Of a stretch of 64,000 bases of DNA, positions 28,632 through 38,639 are shown one piece after another. This DNA is from Promethearchaeota archaeon (GTDB lineage: Archaea; Asgardarchaeota; Lokiarchaeia; Sigyniarchaeales; SOKP01). Each line of letters opens with the position of its first letter. Within the stretch, counting starts at the first letter, position 1. Position numbers and translations under genes: made by a program. The stretch covers positions 64,001-128,000 of the forward strand of contig JAUVNS010000012.1 in the NCBI GenBank assembly GCA_030599585.1, given 5' to 3'. The notes below the pieces were generated by a model. It ran no database searches. It was not told the origin of the DNA and was given only the letters and a program-made list of their open reading frames with translations.

Positions 28632-29728
28632 TGAAATTTTAAGATATTATACAACGTATCTCTCTGTGCTGGGCGTTTTCCCGCAGCTTTAATAATTTCA
28701 ATTATTTCCTCTGGAGATAAGTACTCTCCAAATTCCGCACCTGCACTTTTTGATATATTTTCTTCCATTAGTGTCCCAGAAAAATCGTTTACTCCATAAT
28801 TAAGAGATACTTGAGCAAATTTTGGACCCAATTTAACCCAAGAACATTGAATATTCTCAATGTAATTGTTGAAAAAAATTCGTGCTACTGCAAATAATTT
28901 TAAATCTGCCATTCCATAACTGGGTTTTAGAGGAAATTTTGTTAGCTTAGATAAAAGTGGTTTTTCACTAACGAATGGTAAAGGAACAAATTCGGTAAAA
29001 CCAGAGGTTTCTTTCTGAAGGTTCCTTAACACTTCAAGATGTTCTATTCTATCGTGTAAATCTTCAATATGTCCATACATCATAGTTGAAGTTGTAGGGA
29101 TGCCAAGATTATGGGCGGATTTTATCACATCAATCCATTGAGATGTAGTTATTTTATTTGGACATATAATTCTCCTAATTTTATCCACCAAAATTTCAGC
29201 AGCAGTTCCAGGCATAGAATCTAACCCGGCTTTTTTTAAATCTTTTAAAACATTTTGAACTGAAGTTTCATATATTTTTGCCATATGAAATACTTCTTGA
29301 GGGGAAAATGCGTGTGTGTGCATGTTAGAATCAACTTCCTTTACATTTTTCAGAATTTCTAAGTAGTAATCAAAATTAAGCTCAGGATTTATCCCTCCTT
29401 GAATACAAACCTCTGTGCACCCCACTTTTTTCGCTTCAATAATATCATCTCTTATTTCGTCTTGAGTTTTTAAAAAACTCTCCTTATTTTTATTTGAAAC
29501 GCTAAAGGAGCAAAATTTACATCCTTGATAACAAACATTTGTAAAATTAATGTTACGGTTAACAACAAACGTTACGAGATTATCTTTCTTCTCATAACAA
29601 ATACGATCTGAGACTTGTTGTAGGGCTGTGAAATCCTTACCTGTAAGTTTTAGAAGAGTTAAAGCTTCTTCTGTATTAATTTCGACTGAATCTTCAGCTT
29701 TTTTAAGAATCTGTTTTATTTCCGACAT
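28628..29728 (-). CDS. cofH: FO synthase subunit 2 (radical SAM)
   Basis: VVNRNINFTNVC...C.FCSF, SMPGTAAEIL, TMMYGH, GFTEFVPLPF, IQ.SWVKLG, GTLMEENIS..AG; adjacent to cofG. Confidence 0.93.
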   Translation of the reverse strand: MSEIKQILKKAEDSVEINTEEALTLLKLTGKDFTALQQVSDRICYEKKDNLVTFVVNRNINFTNVCYQGCKFCSFSVSNKNKESFLKTQDEIRDDIIEAKKVGCTEVCIQGGINPELNFDYYLEILKNVKEVDSNMHTHAFSPQEVFHMAKIYETSVQNVLKDLKKAGLDSMPGTAAEILVDKIRRIICPNKITTSQWIDVIKSAHNLGIPTTSTMMYGHIEDLHDRIEHLEVLRNLQKETSGFTEFVPLPFVSEKPLLSKLTKFPLKPSYGMADLKLFAVARIFFNNYIENIQCSWVKLGPKFAQVSLNYGVNDFSGTLMEENISKSAGAEFGEYLSPEEIIEIIKAAGKRPAQRDTLYNILKFH

Positions 29729-30833
29729 TTTTATTTATATTATCAATCGTTTTTTTAATATTTTCTGGACAAAAACCATGTTTATTTATGTATTTCTTAT
29801 ATATAGGAAGCCTTTCCCTAAGTTTATACCCGTTACTTTCGCATATCTTTTCTAAGTGGTCAATTTCTGGCCAGGTATGGTTTGGGTTAATGTAATCTAA
29901 TGTAAAAGGAGATATGCCTCCAAAATCATCAATTCCCATTTCTAAGGCTTCTTTCTCGTAATTTTGAATTAAGTTAGGTGGAACTTGAATAGCGATGTCA
30001 TTTCCAAATATTATTTTTGCAATCCCAGCAGTTTTGAGAGTTTTTTTAATAGATATTAGGTTATTTGGATGATACTTTATTCCCATTTTGTTTGTAAAAT
30101 TCTGTATTATAACTTCTTGGATATGATTATATTCAAGATTGATTTCTTTAATTAATAGGAGATCCCTCACGCGATCTGAAAACTTTTCCCCAATTCCTAA
30201 GAGTAAACCTGTTGTGAAAGGAATTTTCAATTTTCCCGCGTTTATAATGTGGTTAATTCTATTTTCTGGAGTTTTACCAGGTGAATTTTCGTGAACTCCA
30301 CCAATTTTAGAAAGAGATTCACAAGTACTTTCAATCATCAATCCCATACTAGCGTTACATTCCTTTAAGCTTTTCAATTGCCTATATGTGAGCATCCCTA
30401 TATTCGTATGAGGTAATAGATTTACACCCAATAATTTTTCGCTTAAATTTCTTACAAAATGAAAGAAATCATTAAATTTTCTTTTTTCTAATTCTTTTTG
30501 GACTTCTTTGAAACTATCGGGAAATTCACCTGACATTAATAAAGCTTCTGTACATCCATATCTTATAGCAGTTTGAATAAAATCCTTAATCGTATCCTCT
30601 TTAATTAATACAACATTGTCTTTCTTATTTTCTTTAGGTATATTTTGATTATAAAAACAATATCCGCATTGATTCTGGCAAAAATTTGAAAGGGAAAGTG
30701 TAAAGTTTTTGGAAAAAGTTATAATATTTTGTTCTTCTCTTGGTAACTCCTTTTTTATACTTACAATTTTTTCTCTAAGCTTGTTAATTGATAAATTTTT
30801 CAGCTCTTCTATTTTCTTTGAATCATCCATCAT
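29703..30833 (-). CDS. cofG: FO synthase subunit 1 (radical SAM)
   Basis: ITFSKN..C.N.CGYC, LLPHTN.G, ASMGLM.E, IPFTTG.L.GIGE, IQEVIIQNF, Q.PPNL, D.GGISP.T.D..NP...WP. Confidence 0.93.
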   Translation of the reverse strand: MMDDSKKIEELKNLSINKLREKIVSIKKELPREEQNIITFSKNFTLSLSNFCQNQCGYCFYNQNIPKENKKDNVVLIKEDTIKDFIQTAIRYGCTEALLMSGEFPDSFKEVQKELEKRKFNDFFHFVRNLSEKLLGVNLLPHTNIGMLTYRQLKSLKECNASMGLMIESTCESLSKIGGVHENSPGKTPENRINHIINAGKLKIPFTTGLLLGIGEKFSDRVRDLLLIKEINLEYNHIQEVIIQNFTNKMGIKYHPNNLISIKKTLKTAGIAKIIFGNDIAIQVPPNLIQNYEKEALEMGIDDFGGISPFTLDYINPNHTWPEIDHLEKICESNGYKLRERLPIYKKYINKHGFCPENIKKTIDNINKNVGNKTDS

Positions 30834-31510
30834 TCTTCTTTTTTATAGTTAAGAGTTACATAGTTATTTCTACTACTCACATTAGATAACAAATATCTTG
30901 GGCTCTCAATCATTTTTGCAAATCCCTCTCCTTCTACTAAGCTTACAGCATCTTTACCTCCAGCCATCCAAGGCGCAATTGCAATTCTAATCTCATCTAC
31001 TAAATTATTTTTTATAAAACTCCAATTTAAATTGCCTCCGCCTTCTAAAAGAATTCGCTTTACGCCCTTATGGTATAGAATGGGCATTAAATTAACGACA
31101 TCAACTCTACGCCCTTTTCCTGATTGTATAATTTCAATATTTTTAGATTCGAATTCTTTAATCTTCTCGATTGGAGCATTTTCAGTTGTTACTATTATGG
31201 TGGGATAAATTTCAGGTTTAAAAGTTACTACATTTGATTCAATTGGTATTGAAAGCGTGCTATCTAATATTATACGAAAATACCCTTTATGTTCATAAAA
31301 TTTTATGTGTAGTTTTGGATTATCCAGAATAATTGACCCTTTACCAACCATTATAGCATCCACTTCAGTGCGAAGTTTGTGAACCGCTTTCCAATCGCCT
31401 TCGTCTGAAATATCTGGATCTCCATTTTTAGTGGCAATTTTTCCATCGATTGTCATAGCAGCACTCAAAATTACGTAGGGTCGTTTATTTCCTTTCAAAT
31501 TCCACCACAC
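30830..31510 (-). CDS. arfC: 2,5-diamino-6-(ribosylamino)-4(3H)-pyrimidinone 5'-phosphate reductase (archaeal RibD-C/Rib7)
   Basis: RPYV....AMT.DGKIA, VH.LR...DAIMVG, DNP.L, LLEGGG.LN.S; true start possibly TTG at 31498. Confidence 0.88.
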   Translation of the reverse strand: MWWNLKGNKRPYVILSAAMTIDGKIATKNGDPDISDEGDWKAVHKLRTEVDAIMVGKGSIILDNPKLHIKFYEHKGYFRIILDSTLSIPIESNVVTFKPEIYPTIIVTTENAPIEKIKEFESKNIEIIQSGKGRRVDVVNLMPILYHKGVKRILLEGGGNLNWSFIKNNLVDEIRIAIAPWMAGGKDAVSLVEGEGFAKMIESPRYLLSNVSSRNNYVTLNYKKEE

Positions 31511-32657
31511 CTTTAATGTAAGTCTTTTTTATATTCTCTGATCTAGTTCTTTGAACAATAATGTTGTAAATACTTTCAGAATCAATCTTATACGTATAAT
31601 AATTAGGGTTAGAAAGGTCAACTATAAAGAAATCAGCATATTTTCCTACTGAAATTGATCCGTATTCTTTTTCTAATCCCAAATTTCTAGCAGCAGTAAT
31701 GGTAACCATTTCTAGTAGCTCTTTTGAGGAAAAATTCTTACAATCCTTATGAACGGCTAATACTCGGGAAATTCTATATAAATATCGCATTTCTTCGAAT
31801 AAGTCAATATTGTTAGCCATTACATTATCAGTACCAAGACTAATTGGGATTCCAAGATCACAAATCTCATTTATTGGCGGAAATCCACTTCCAAAATAAC
31901 CGTTACATCTAGGACATAAGACCAGAGAGATGTTATTTTTTTTAAGTCTTTCCAAATCATCTTTTCTGTAATGAGTTCCATGTATAATGACGTCAATCAG
32001 CTGATCATTTATAATTTGATTGAAGCGTATCTCGTCTCTCGAGAGTTCAGCATCGTGAGTCGCAACAATTTTGTCTAAATATTCTCTCTTCAAACTTCTG
32101 ATAATTTCTTTGTTTTCCGAAGATAATTGATCGTAGCTTGCAAATCCCAGACCATCAGCACTTTTAAGAACGGGTTCAACTTCTGTTGTATCATAAAATC
32201 TTCCCAAGATGCGATAGTTAATCGGAGAATTTTGTAATGCTTCTTTTAAAAGGGCAATGCCAGTTAATCCATTTTCTCTAAAGTCGAAAAACATAGTTAT
32301 ACCGCTTGCGAGCATTTCTAATGCAGCCTCTCTTATTCCATGCATTTTTATTTCTTTTGAGGTTTTACTTAGTAATACATGTTTGATTCCATTTGGAGGA
32401 GCAACCGTTTCTATTAAATCTTTATTAAATCCCTGTTCTTTTGCAAAGCTATCACATATGTGAACATGGGAATTGATAAATCCAGGGATCAATAGGGATA
32501 TCTGTTTTTGTTTGGAGAGGGTGATATACTCTTCAATATTATCGTAGAATAAGTCTGTGATCTTTCCATTATCATCTAATTCTATTGAAATATTCTTCTT
32601 TAATTCTAATCTATCTCCAATCAAACCAAAGTTACTGCGAATGGTGGTGTTAGACAT
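31485..32657 (-). CDS. Metal-dependent amidohydrolase (archaeal chlorohydrolase-like family)
   Basis: PGFINSHVHICDS, VAPPNGIKH, DFRE.G, CPR.N, LGTDNVM, G.I..GK.AD. Confidence 0.88.
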   Translation of the reverse strand: MSNTTIRSNFGLIGDRLELKKNISIELDDNGKITDLFYDNIEEYITLSKQKQISLLIPGFINSHVHICDSFAKEQGFNKDLIETVAPPNGIKHVLLSKTSKEIKMHGIREAALEMLASGITMFFDFRENGLTGIALLKEALQNSPINYRILGRFYDTTEVEPVLKSADGLGFASYDQLSSENKEIIRSLKREYLDKIVATHDAELSRDEIRFNQIINDQLIDVIIHGTHYRKDDLERLKKNNISLVLCPRCNGYFGSGFPPINEICDLGIPISLGTDNVMANNIDLFEEMRYLYRISRVLAVHKDCKNFSSKELLEMVTITAARNLGLEKEYGSISVGKYADFFIVDLSNPNYYTYKIDSESIYNIIVQRTRSENIKKTYIKGVVEFERK

Positions 32658-32723
32658 AGGATACTCAAACTTTTTTGTTCATTCTATTAAAAAGAATTAC
32701 CATTAACGACGATAAGGGCATAT

Positions 32724-33281
32724 TTAGATTTTTAGAAGTTCTAACGCCTCTGATCTGGTAGTAGGATTTGTTTTAAAAATACCTTTTATTGCTGATGTTA
32801 TCATTATAGGGTTAGATTGCTTTACACCTCTCATTATCTCACATAAGTGAGTTCCTTTTACGATAACCATCACACCTCTCGGTTTTAAAGCACAGTCCAT
32901 TAAATAATTAGCAATATCATCAGTCATTTTTTCCTGAACATTTAACCGATGTGTAAAATAATTAACGACCCTTACGAATTTTGAAATTCCTAGAAGAAAT
33001 TCTCCAGGCATATATACGATATCAACTGTACCATAAAATGGTAGTATGTGGTGTTCACACATGCTGTAAAATTGAATACCTTTTGATACTATAATCTCAC
33101 TATACTGCGCTTTAAAGATCTTTATAACTTTATCTAAATCCAGCTGATATCCGTCAAAAATTTCACTGTACGAGTTAGCTACTCGTCTTGGAGTTTCTAT
33201 CGTTGCTGGTCTTAATTCGTCATTGCCTTCAATTTCTTTAATAAGTTCGGATATTAGTTCTTGAACTCTTTCTTTATTCAT
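32724..33281 (-). CDS. folE: GTP cyclohydrolase IA
   Basis: ETP.RVA, SMCEHH.LPF.G, G.SK..R, R..VQE, H.C..MRGV. Confidence 0.93.
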   Translation of the reverse strand: MNKERVQELISELIKEIEGNDELRPATIETPRRVANSYSEIFDGYQLDLDKVIKIFKAQYSEIIVSKGIQFYSMCEHHILPFYGTVDIVYMPGEFLLGISKFVRVVNYFTHRLNVQEKMTDDIANYLMDCALKPRGVMVIVKGTHLCEIMRGVKQSNPIMITSAIKGIFKTNPTTRSEALELLKI

Positions 33282-33428
33282 TTTTTGAATTACTCTCTTT
33301 TTTAACTAATATATATTGAAATTTAAGAAAATATAAATAAATACTAGAATTAGCTAAAATTCGTCAAAGAATTAAAAAAGACTTTGAGCGTTTAATTTCT
33401 TTATTTTCAAGCTTGATCTTACTGTTTA

Positions 33429-34550
33429 TTATTTCTTCTTTAGGAATTGCTTATAAATTAGCACATAGTTTTTTACACTCACTACTTTAGGATTACGCCT
33501 AAAACTAGATGGGATAGGAGTGCTACAACGGGAACAGAGGTTTGAAGTCCGCATCCAATCTTTAAATTCATCAGCGTGGGAAGGATACCTACACTTTGGA
33601 CACACAACTACTCCCCGTCCTCTATCTTCAGGAAGTTTTGGTAATTTAAAACAAAAGATGCACTTAAAATCCTCTAACGTTAAATACGATGCCCTTGGCC
33701 TAAAATTAGTCAGATTTCGAACCTTTGGAGTCGATTTGACTTTAGTTGTACGAGAAATATTTGAAGTTTTAGTTCTAGTAGTTTGTCTACGTGATGTGGG
33801 TGTTATTCTTGATGATTTAGTTCTTGAGCTTGATGTACGCGTAGTTGTCCTAGTAGAGGGAGTTGGATTAGTGACCCTCGTTGTCCGTACACGTTGTCTC
33901 TGTGTTGTAGGTGAGGTCAAATTATTAATCGTTCTAGTACGGTTTGCAATATAATCACGAGTTAATGTTGGTAATGATGAGCTTGTACTAGCAAATCCAA
34001 ACACTATTACTATTAAAATTGTAGCTAATAATAGAAGTAAGAGATTCAAATCCAATGGAAAACTTTCGTTAACGCTGTAAAAACTTATCCAATAGGTTAA
34101 AATGAAAATTAAAACAGAGAAGGATAGAATATATCCCAAGGTTCTCGCTTTTACTGCTTTTGTTCCAAAATATATTACGTTGTATTTTTTAAAACAGCGA
34201 TATAGAGAGTAAGAGCCAAATATTATAAAAGGAAAAGCAAAAATAAGGCTCCATAAACTAAAATATAGACCTCCAAGTAGATTCTCTCCTAATACTCCTG
34301 TGTAAAAACCCCAAATAGAATAAAAAATTCCAATACCTAAAGGAACAATGACAAAAAATGCGGTATTATGTGGTGAATTAAACTCACGGTGACGTTTAAT
34401 GTTTTCAAATATTTTTAATGTAAAAATTAACCATAACCCAATTAATAACCAAGTTGCAAAATTAGTAAAAGAATAAGTGAGCAAACCATGAATTACACCA
34501 ATAATCAGAAATGCGGTAAATATTATTGTTAAAATTTTATTTTTAACCAT
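33429..34550 (-). CDS. Six-TM membrane protein with Thr/Arg/Ser-rich linker and C-terminal RING-like zinc finger (putative E3 ligase)
   Basis: Six hydrophobic segments; C-x2-C-x16-C-x2-C-x4-H-x2-E-x3-W-x6-C-x2-C; last gene of the Ubl-E1-E2-JAMM run. Confidence 0.7.
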   Translation of the reverse strand: MVKNKILTIIFTAFLIIGVIHGLLTYSFTNFATWLLIGLWLIFTLKIFENIKRHREFNSPHNTAFFVIVPLGIGIFYSIWGFYTGVLGENLLGGLYFSLWSLIFAFPFIIFGSYSLYRCFKKYNVIYFGTKAVKARTLGYILSFSVLIFILTYWISFYSVNESFPLDLNLLLLLLATILIVIVFGFASTSSSLPTLTRDYIANRTRTINNLTSPTTQRQRVRTTRVTNPTPSTRTTTRTSSSRTKSSRITPTSRRQTTRTKTSNISRTTKVKSTPKVRNLTNFRPRASYLTLEDFKCIFCFKLPKLPEDRGRGVVVCPKCRYPSHADEFKDWMRTSNLCSRCSTPIPSSFRRNPKVVSVKNYVLIYKQFLKKK

Positions 34551-34581
34551 GATTTGATATCACCAAAGATGTTTTTTATCT

Positions 34582-35406
34582 TTATTCATCATATTCTAAA
34601 TATGCTGGTTTTCCATGAATAATTGGGTTCATGAATTCCAAAATTTCTGGTAACATTCTCACATCTAAATGCCCCTTAATATCAAAAGGCACTGAGAACC
34701 ACTTCCGAGTTTTAAAATTTGCGCGATAAATTTCAAAACCAAAAGATTTCCCGTTAATTTGATATGGATCGATGACGAGTGCTACAGCTTTATTCCACAA
34801 TTTCTGATACCTTGCCTGAGTTCCTAAATCTTCTCTTGACATGAAGCAGCCGTAACTCGGATGGGAATGATACCAGCCTGTAATAAAAAGCCCCTTTTTT
34901 TTAATATCTCTGAAAGCTCTCACATAATTCTTATAATCCTTTATTTCAGCATAAACCGCGGTCCCATGTCCCATTGGATAAGCATCCTCCAAGTGTAAGA
35001 CTCCTTTAGCACTATCATAGTTCCCTGCGAGTAAACCTATTACTTCCACCCAATCATCTCTAGGTATTTTAGAATTAGCATATTTTAAAGAATGGCTCGC
35101 GATCTTAAGAATTGCTTTTGTAGTGATAGCTATCTTAGCTTTAGTTCTCTCGTTACTAGCTACAGTTTTTACTGGTTCCATGGGGATGGGTTCAAGTTTG
35201 ACTTTATTTGAATGAATAATCGGCTTCGCTTTGATAATCTCAGTTGTTATTTCTTCTTGTAATTCTTCTAATTGTAACTCAGTGTATACTTCTTCAAGTA
35301 ATTCTTTTTTAATTTTCTCTTTAATTTTTTGTTTTATAGCATCTCTGATTGATTCGCTATTCTTTTCATCGATATTCATTCTAGGTTCACCATTTATCCT
35401 TGGCAT
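34582..35406 (-). CDS. JAMM/MPN+ metalloprotease (Rpn11/CSN5-like deubiquitinase)
   Basis: EVIGLL, GWYHSHP..G..MS..D..TQ..YQ, ALVIDP. Confidence 0.93.
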   Translation of the reverse strand: MPRINGEPRMNIDEKNSESIRDAIKQKIKEKIKKELLEEVYTELQLEELQEEITTEIIKAKPIIHSNKVKLEPIPMEPVKTVASNERTKAKIAITTKAILKIASHSLKYANSKIPRDDWVEVIGLLAGNYDSAKGVLHLEDAYPMGHGTAVYAEIKDYKNYVRAFRDIKKKGLFITGWYHSHPSYGCFMSREDLGTQARYQKLWNKAVALVIDPYQINGKSFGFEIYRANFKTRKWFSVPFDIKGHLDVRMLPEILEFMNPIIHGKPAYLEYDE

Positions 35407-35914
35407 ACTTCTTTACTAAATTTTTAACTTTTTTATCAAAAAATTTCGGATTTTTCATCATTTCTATAGCTGCTTTTTTATTAAACACATCAGTCGGATT
35501 AACATATTTTCCTCGAGTGTTTAACATAGCAATTATTGCATGAACAACTGTAACCGCTGTTTTTGAAGGACTCCATCCTCCTTTTTTGCCAATTAGAGAC
35601 GGATCTACTAAAGCTAAGCAAATATTTCTTTGTCCTTTATATTCACTTGGCTTTGGCCAAAAATTTGGGTGCCATATTGGAGTATGCAATCTAACAAAAG
35701 GAGGCTGTTTAGGATATTGAATGGGAAACCTCATTTCTAATTTAAACAATCCTCCAGCATAGGCAGTGCCTTTAGGGCCTTTAATCAATACAGCTAAGTG
35801 ATCGATACTCTTTTTTTTTGGATTAAATGGCTTCAATTGAATAATAGTACCCTGTTTTAGCAACTTTTTTAGTCCCGCAAAATCTCGGGAAACTCGACTA
35901 CTTCTTATACTCAT
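35387..35914 (-). CDS. Ubiquitin-conjugating enzyme E2 (UBC fold)
   Basis: GP.GT.Y.GG.F...FP..YP..PP....T.IWHPN, NICL catalytic Cys, WSP. Confidence 0.93.
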   Translation of the reverse strand: MSIRSSRVSRDFAGLKKLLKQGTIIQLKPFNPKKKSIDHLAVLIKGPKGTAYAGGLFKLEMRFPIQYPKQPPFVRLHTPIWHPNFWPKPSEYKGQRNICLALVDPSLIGKKGGWSPSKTAVTVVHAIIAMLNTRGKYVNPTDVFNKKAAIEMMKNPKFFDKKVKNLVKKYAKDKW

Positions 35915-35969
35915 ATTCTTAACCCCGTTTTTTTTATTATATTTTAAAATTATGTTTTGAATTAAATTA

Positions 35970-37202
35970 TTATTTAATTTTTAAGGTTACATGAATTTCT
36001 CCGCCTTTAAACCCCGCAACGGTTAGAAATTCGTAATTCCTTAAATTATTTTGAGTTGGGTTTTGCTCTAAATCTAAAACAATAATATCATTAAAATCCA
36101 ATAGAGTTATTATCGGTTCAAATTCAGAATCCAATTCAAATCCATTTCTTTCTAGCGTATTAATTATATTTACGCAAGGTGAACTATCTCTCATTTTAAT
36201 GGAAACTCGTCTTGCACTTTTACCACATTGAGAACATTCTGGATTTCTCTTCTTTTCAATGTGGTGTAATTTCATAGTCATCGCATTAAATATAATGTAA
36301 TTTTTGATGGGCTCACCTAAGCCCTTGTGACCTTTTTCCCAATGAAGGATTTTAACCGCTTCATGAGATTGTAATGCTGAAATAGTTGCGTTAATCGTAA
36401 TGATGCCAGGATCGTGGCGATCAATAATTTTTACGATATCATCTTCAGTATATTCAGGTAAAAAATTATGCTTTATTACATACTCATTCGCAACTTTTTG
36501 AATAAATCTAATATCTTCGATATTTTTAGGATTCGGATCTTTATCAAATTTCTCTTTAAAGGCCATATCCCCTTTAAAAACGCAATGAATTCTTTTTCGA
36601 GGGATACCAACTACTGTACAAGCTGCCATATCATCATTTTGGATGTCGGGTAATGGATTACATTCATAACATGCATTTTGAAATGGAAATATCGTATATA
36701 CATGACCATAATAACCAGAAACCCCTCCATCTACCAAAGGTTTCTTAAATCTAATGCATTGAGCGTTTAAGTTCAACCTTGCATTCATTGAATCAAGACC
36801 TCCAATTACAACATCTGAAGCGTGATAGAGTGCTGGATTTAATCTTTCTAAGGATGTATGATACCCTTTAACAATAATATTAGGATTAATTTCGACCAAT
36901 TTTCTAGCAGCAATAAATGCTTTAGGTTCTCCTAACTTTGCTCCAGCAAAGAGAATTTGACGATTCAGGTTAGAATGTTCAATTATATCAATATCAACAA
37001 GATCTATATGACCAACGCCCAACATACTTAAATTCTTGGCAATTTCACATCCCAAACCACCAACCCCAGCGATTAACACTCTTGAATTTTTAACTAATTT
37101 CTGGGACCAACCTTCTAAACGAAATTGGCGATCGTATAAGTCTCTCTCTTCTTCTGACATTCCTTTTGTAAAAAAATCTGAATCCTTATGCAATATTATC
37201 AC
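35970..37202 (-). CDS. Ubiquitin-like activating enzyme E1 (ThiF fold with Uba2/Uba3-like catalytic Cys region)
   Basis: YDRQ, GVGGLGCE.AKNL, D.D.IE.SNLNRQ.LF, GLDS..AR, CYEC, ACTVVGIPR...HC, C..C. Confidence 0.93.
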   Translation of the reverse strand: MIILHKDSDFFTKGMSEEERDLYDRQFRLEGWSQKLVKNSRVLIAGVGGLGCEIAKNLSMLGVGHIDLVDIDIIEHSNLNRQILFAGAKLGEPKAFIAARKLVEINPNIIVKGYHTSLERLNPALYHASDVVIGGLDSMNARLNLNAQCIRFKKPLVDGGVSGYYGHVYTIFPFQNACYECNPLPDIQNDDMAACTVVGIPRKRIHCVFKGDMAFKEKFDKDPNPKNIEDIRFIQKVANEYVIKHNFLPEYTEDDIVKIIDRHDPGIITINATISALQSHEAVKILHWEKGHKGLGEPIKNYIIFNAMTMKLHHIEKKRNPECSQCGKSARRVSIKMRDSSPCVNIINTLERNGFELDSEFEPIITLLDFNDIIVLDLEQNPTQNNLRNYEFLTVAGFKGGEIHVTLKIK

Positions 37203-37282
37203 CTTTAATATTAATCAAAAAAATAAAAAAATTGAAGGGCTTAATGCCCTTATCATATATTATATTTTATGAAAAGAATTAT

Positions 37283-37615
37283 TTAAAAGTATCCAGCTGT
37301 ACTCGCTGGGATCAAAAGAATATCGTCGCCGTTACTAACACTATAGTCTTTTAACTGGCTACCTTCATCCATTGTTACGCCACCAGAACTAATGTGAAAG
37401 TCATCTGGATCAAGTCCAAATAAATTTCCAAGCGTTTGTTTGATATCACTTATGTTATTTGCGTCGTTTACAGTCAACTTTTCCTTCTTTTCACCAGGAC
37501 CAATAGTTGACATGAAATATAAAGTCAATTTTTTGCCTGTTGAGGGAACTTTGCTTGATGGGGTTTTAGAGCTAACTGGTTCTAATTCCTCATCAAAATC
37601 TTCATCAAAACTCAT
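37283..37615 (-). CDS. Ubiquitin-like modifier 1 (acidic N-tail; C-terminus ...STAG-YF)
   Basis: Beta-grasp pattern (ISDIK..L....GL......L..GG..MD....LKDY.V.NGD.I.L); first gene of the E1/E2/JAMM operon. Confidence 0.85.
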   Translation of the reverse strand: MSFDEDFDEELEPVSSKTPSSKVPSTGKKLTLYFMSTIGPGEKKEKLTVNDANNISDIKQTLGNLFGLDPDDFHISSGGVTMDEGSQLKDYSVSNGDDILLIPASTAGYF

Positions 37616-37876
37616 TCAAATCACTCCTTTATTTTTTTAATTTAAGTTTTTTTTTAAAACTTAATAATATCACGTTAAAATGATATTAAAAAACCCATTG
37701 GAATGATTTTGAAGTTTTTTGAGTTTTGTTTAAAATGTGAGTATCCATGTTAAAAAACCTAATATAATATATTTATAAATTAAATGAATGTCTATCAATA
37801 TATATAAATAGGAAAATATCGTTTTAGAGAGAAGATTTGATAAAATATATCAGTTAATTCAACCCGTTAAAATAAA

Positions 37877-38560
37877 ATGCTTATGAACACTCCGGATAAC
37901 CTTCAATCTATTGTTTGTGATATCATAAAGGAATATCTAAAAAAGAAACCTTTCTTTTCAATAGAAGATATAGTGGTGTTCATCGCTAATAGAGTGAGAT
38001 CGAATCCTAATCTAAATAGGAACAGCATTGAACTCATTATTAAAAATCTTATAAAAAAAAGAATTCTGATCCCTGGAACCAAATTAATGAAGAATAATAT
38101 AATAGAATTACCAATACGAAACGAAATTTACAACCATATTAAGAAACACCCATCGAACATTAATGAAATAATGAAAGCAATCAATATTGGAAGCAACCAA
38201 GCGCTCTGGCATTTGTCCACGTTAGAGAAGTTTAGATTTACGCGATCAAAAAAAATCAATAATCAAAGAATGATTTTTGAATATGAATCTAATCCCGATC
38301 TAGATGAGTTGTATTACTATTTGAAACAGGATGTTGTGCAAGATATTATCAACCTTCTGAAAGAAGAACACAAAACCTTTAAAATCACGGAAATAGCTGC
38401 GAATTTAAAAAGAAATTACAATACTGTAAAGAAATATCTTGAAATATTAAGAAATCTGAAAATAATAAAAATTGAAAAAAATAAAAAAAGAGTTCTATAT
38501 AGAATAGACCTAGAGAAATATGACAATCTCAAGAAATCAATTATTGATAATGAACTATAA
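37877..38560 (+). CDS. Multi-winged-helix transcriptional regulator (ArsR-like repeats)
   Basis: R.EIY..I...P...EI.......Q..WHL..LE and ITEIA..L...YNTV.KYL..L patterns; divergent from the Ubl operon. Confidence 0.75.
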   Translation: MLMNTPDNLQSIVCDIIKEYLKKKPFFSIEDIVVFIANRVRSNPNLNRNSIELIIKNLIKKRILIPGTKLMKNNIIELPIRNEIYNHIKKHPSNINEIMKAINIGSNQALWHLSTLEKFRFTRSKKINNQRMIFEYESNPDLDELYYYLKQDVVQDIINLLKEEHKTFKITEIAANLKRNYNTVKKYLEILRNLKIIKIEKNKKRVLYRIDLEKYDNLKKSIIDNEL

Positions 38561-38639
38561 AAATTACGAATTTATACCAATTGAATTTATAAAATTAGAT
38601 AATAATTAGAAAATTAGATAATACTTTAATCAAAAAATC

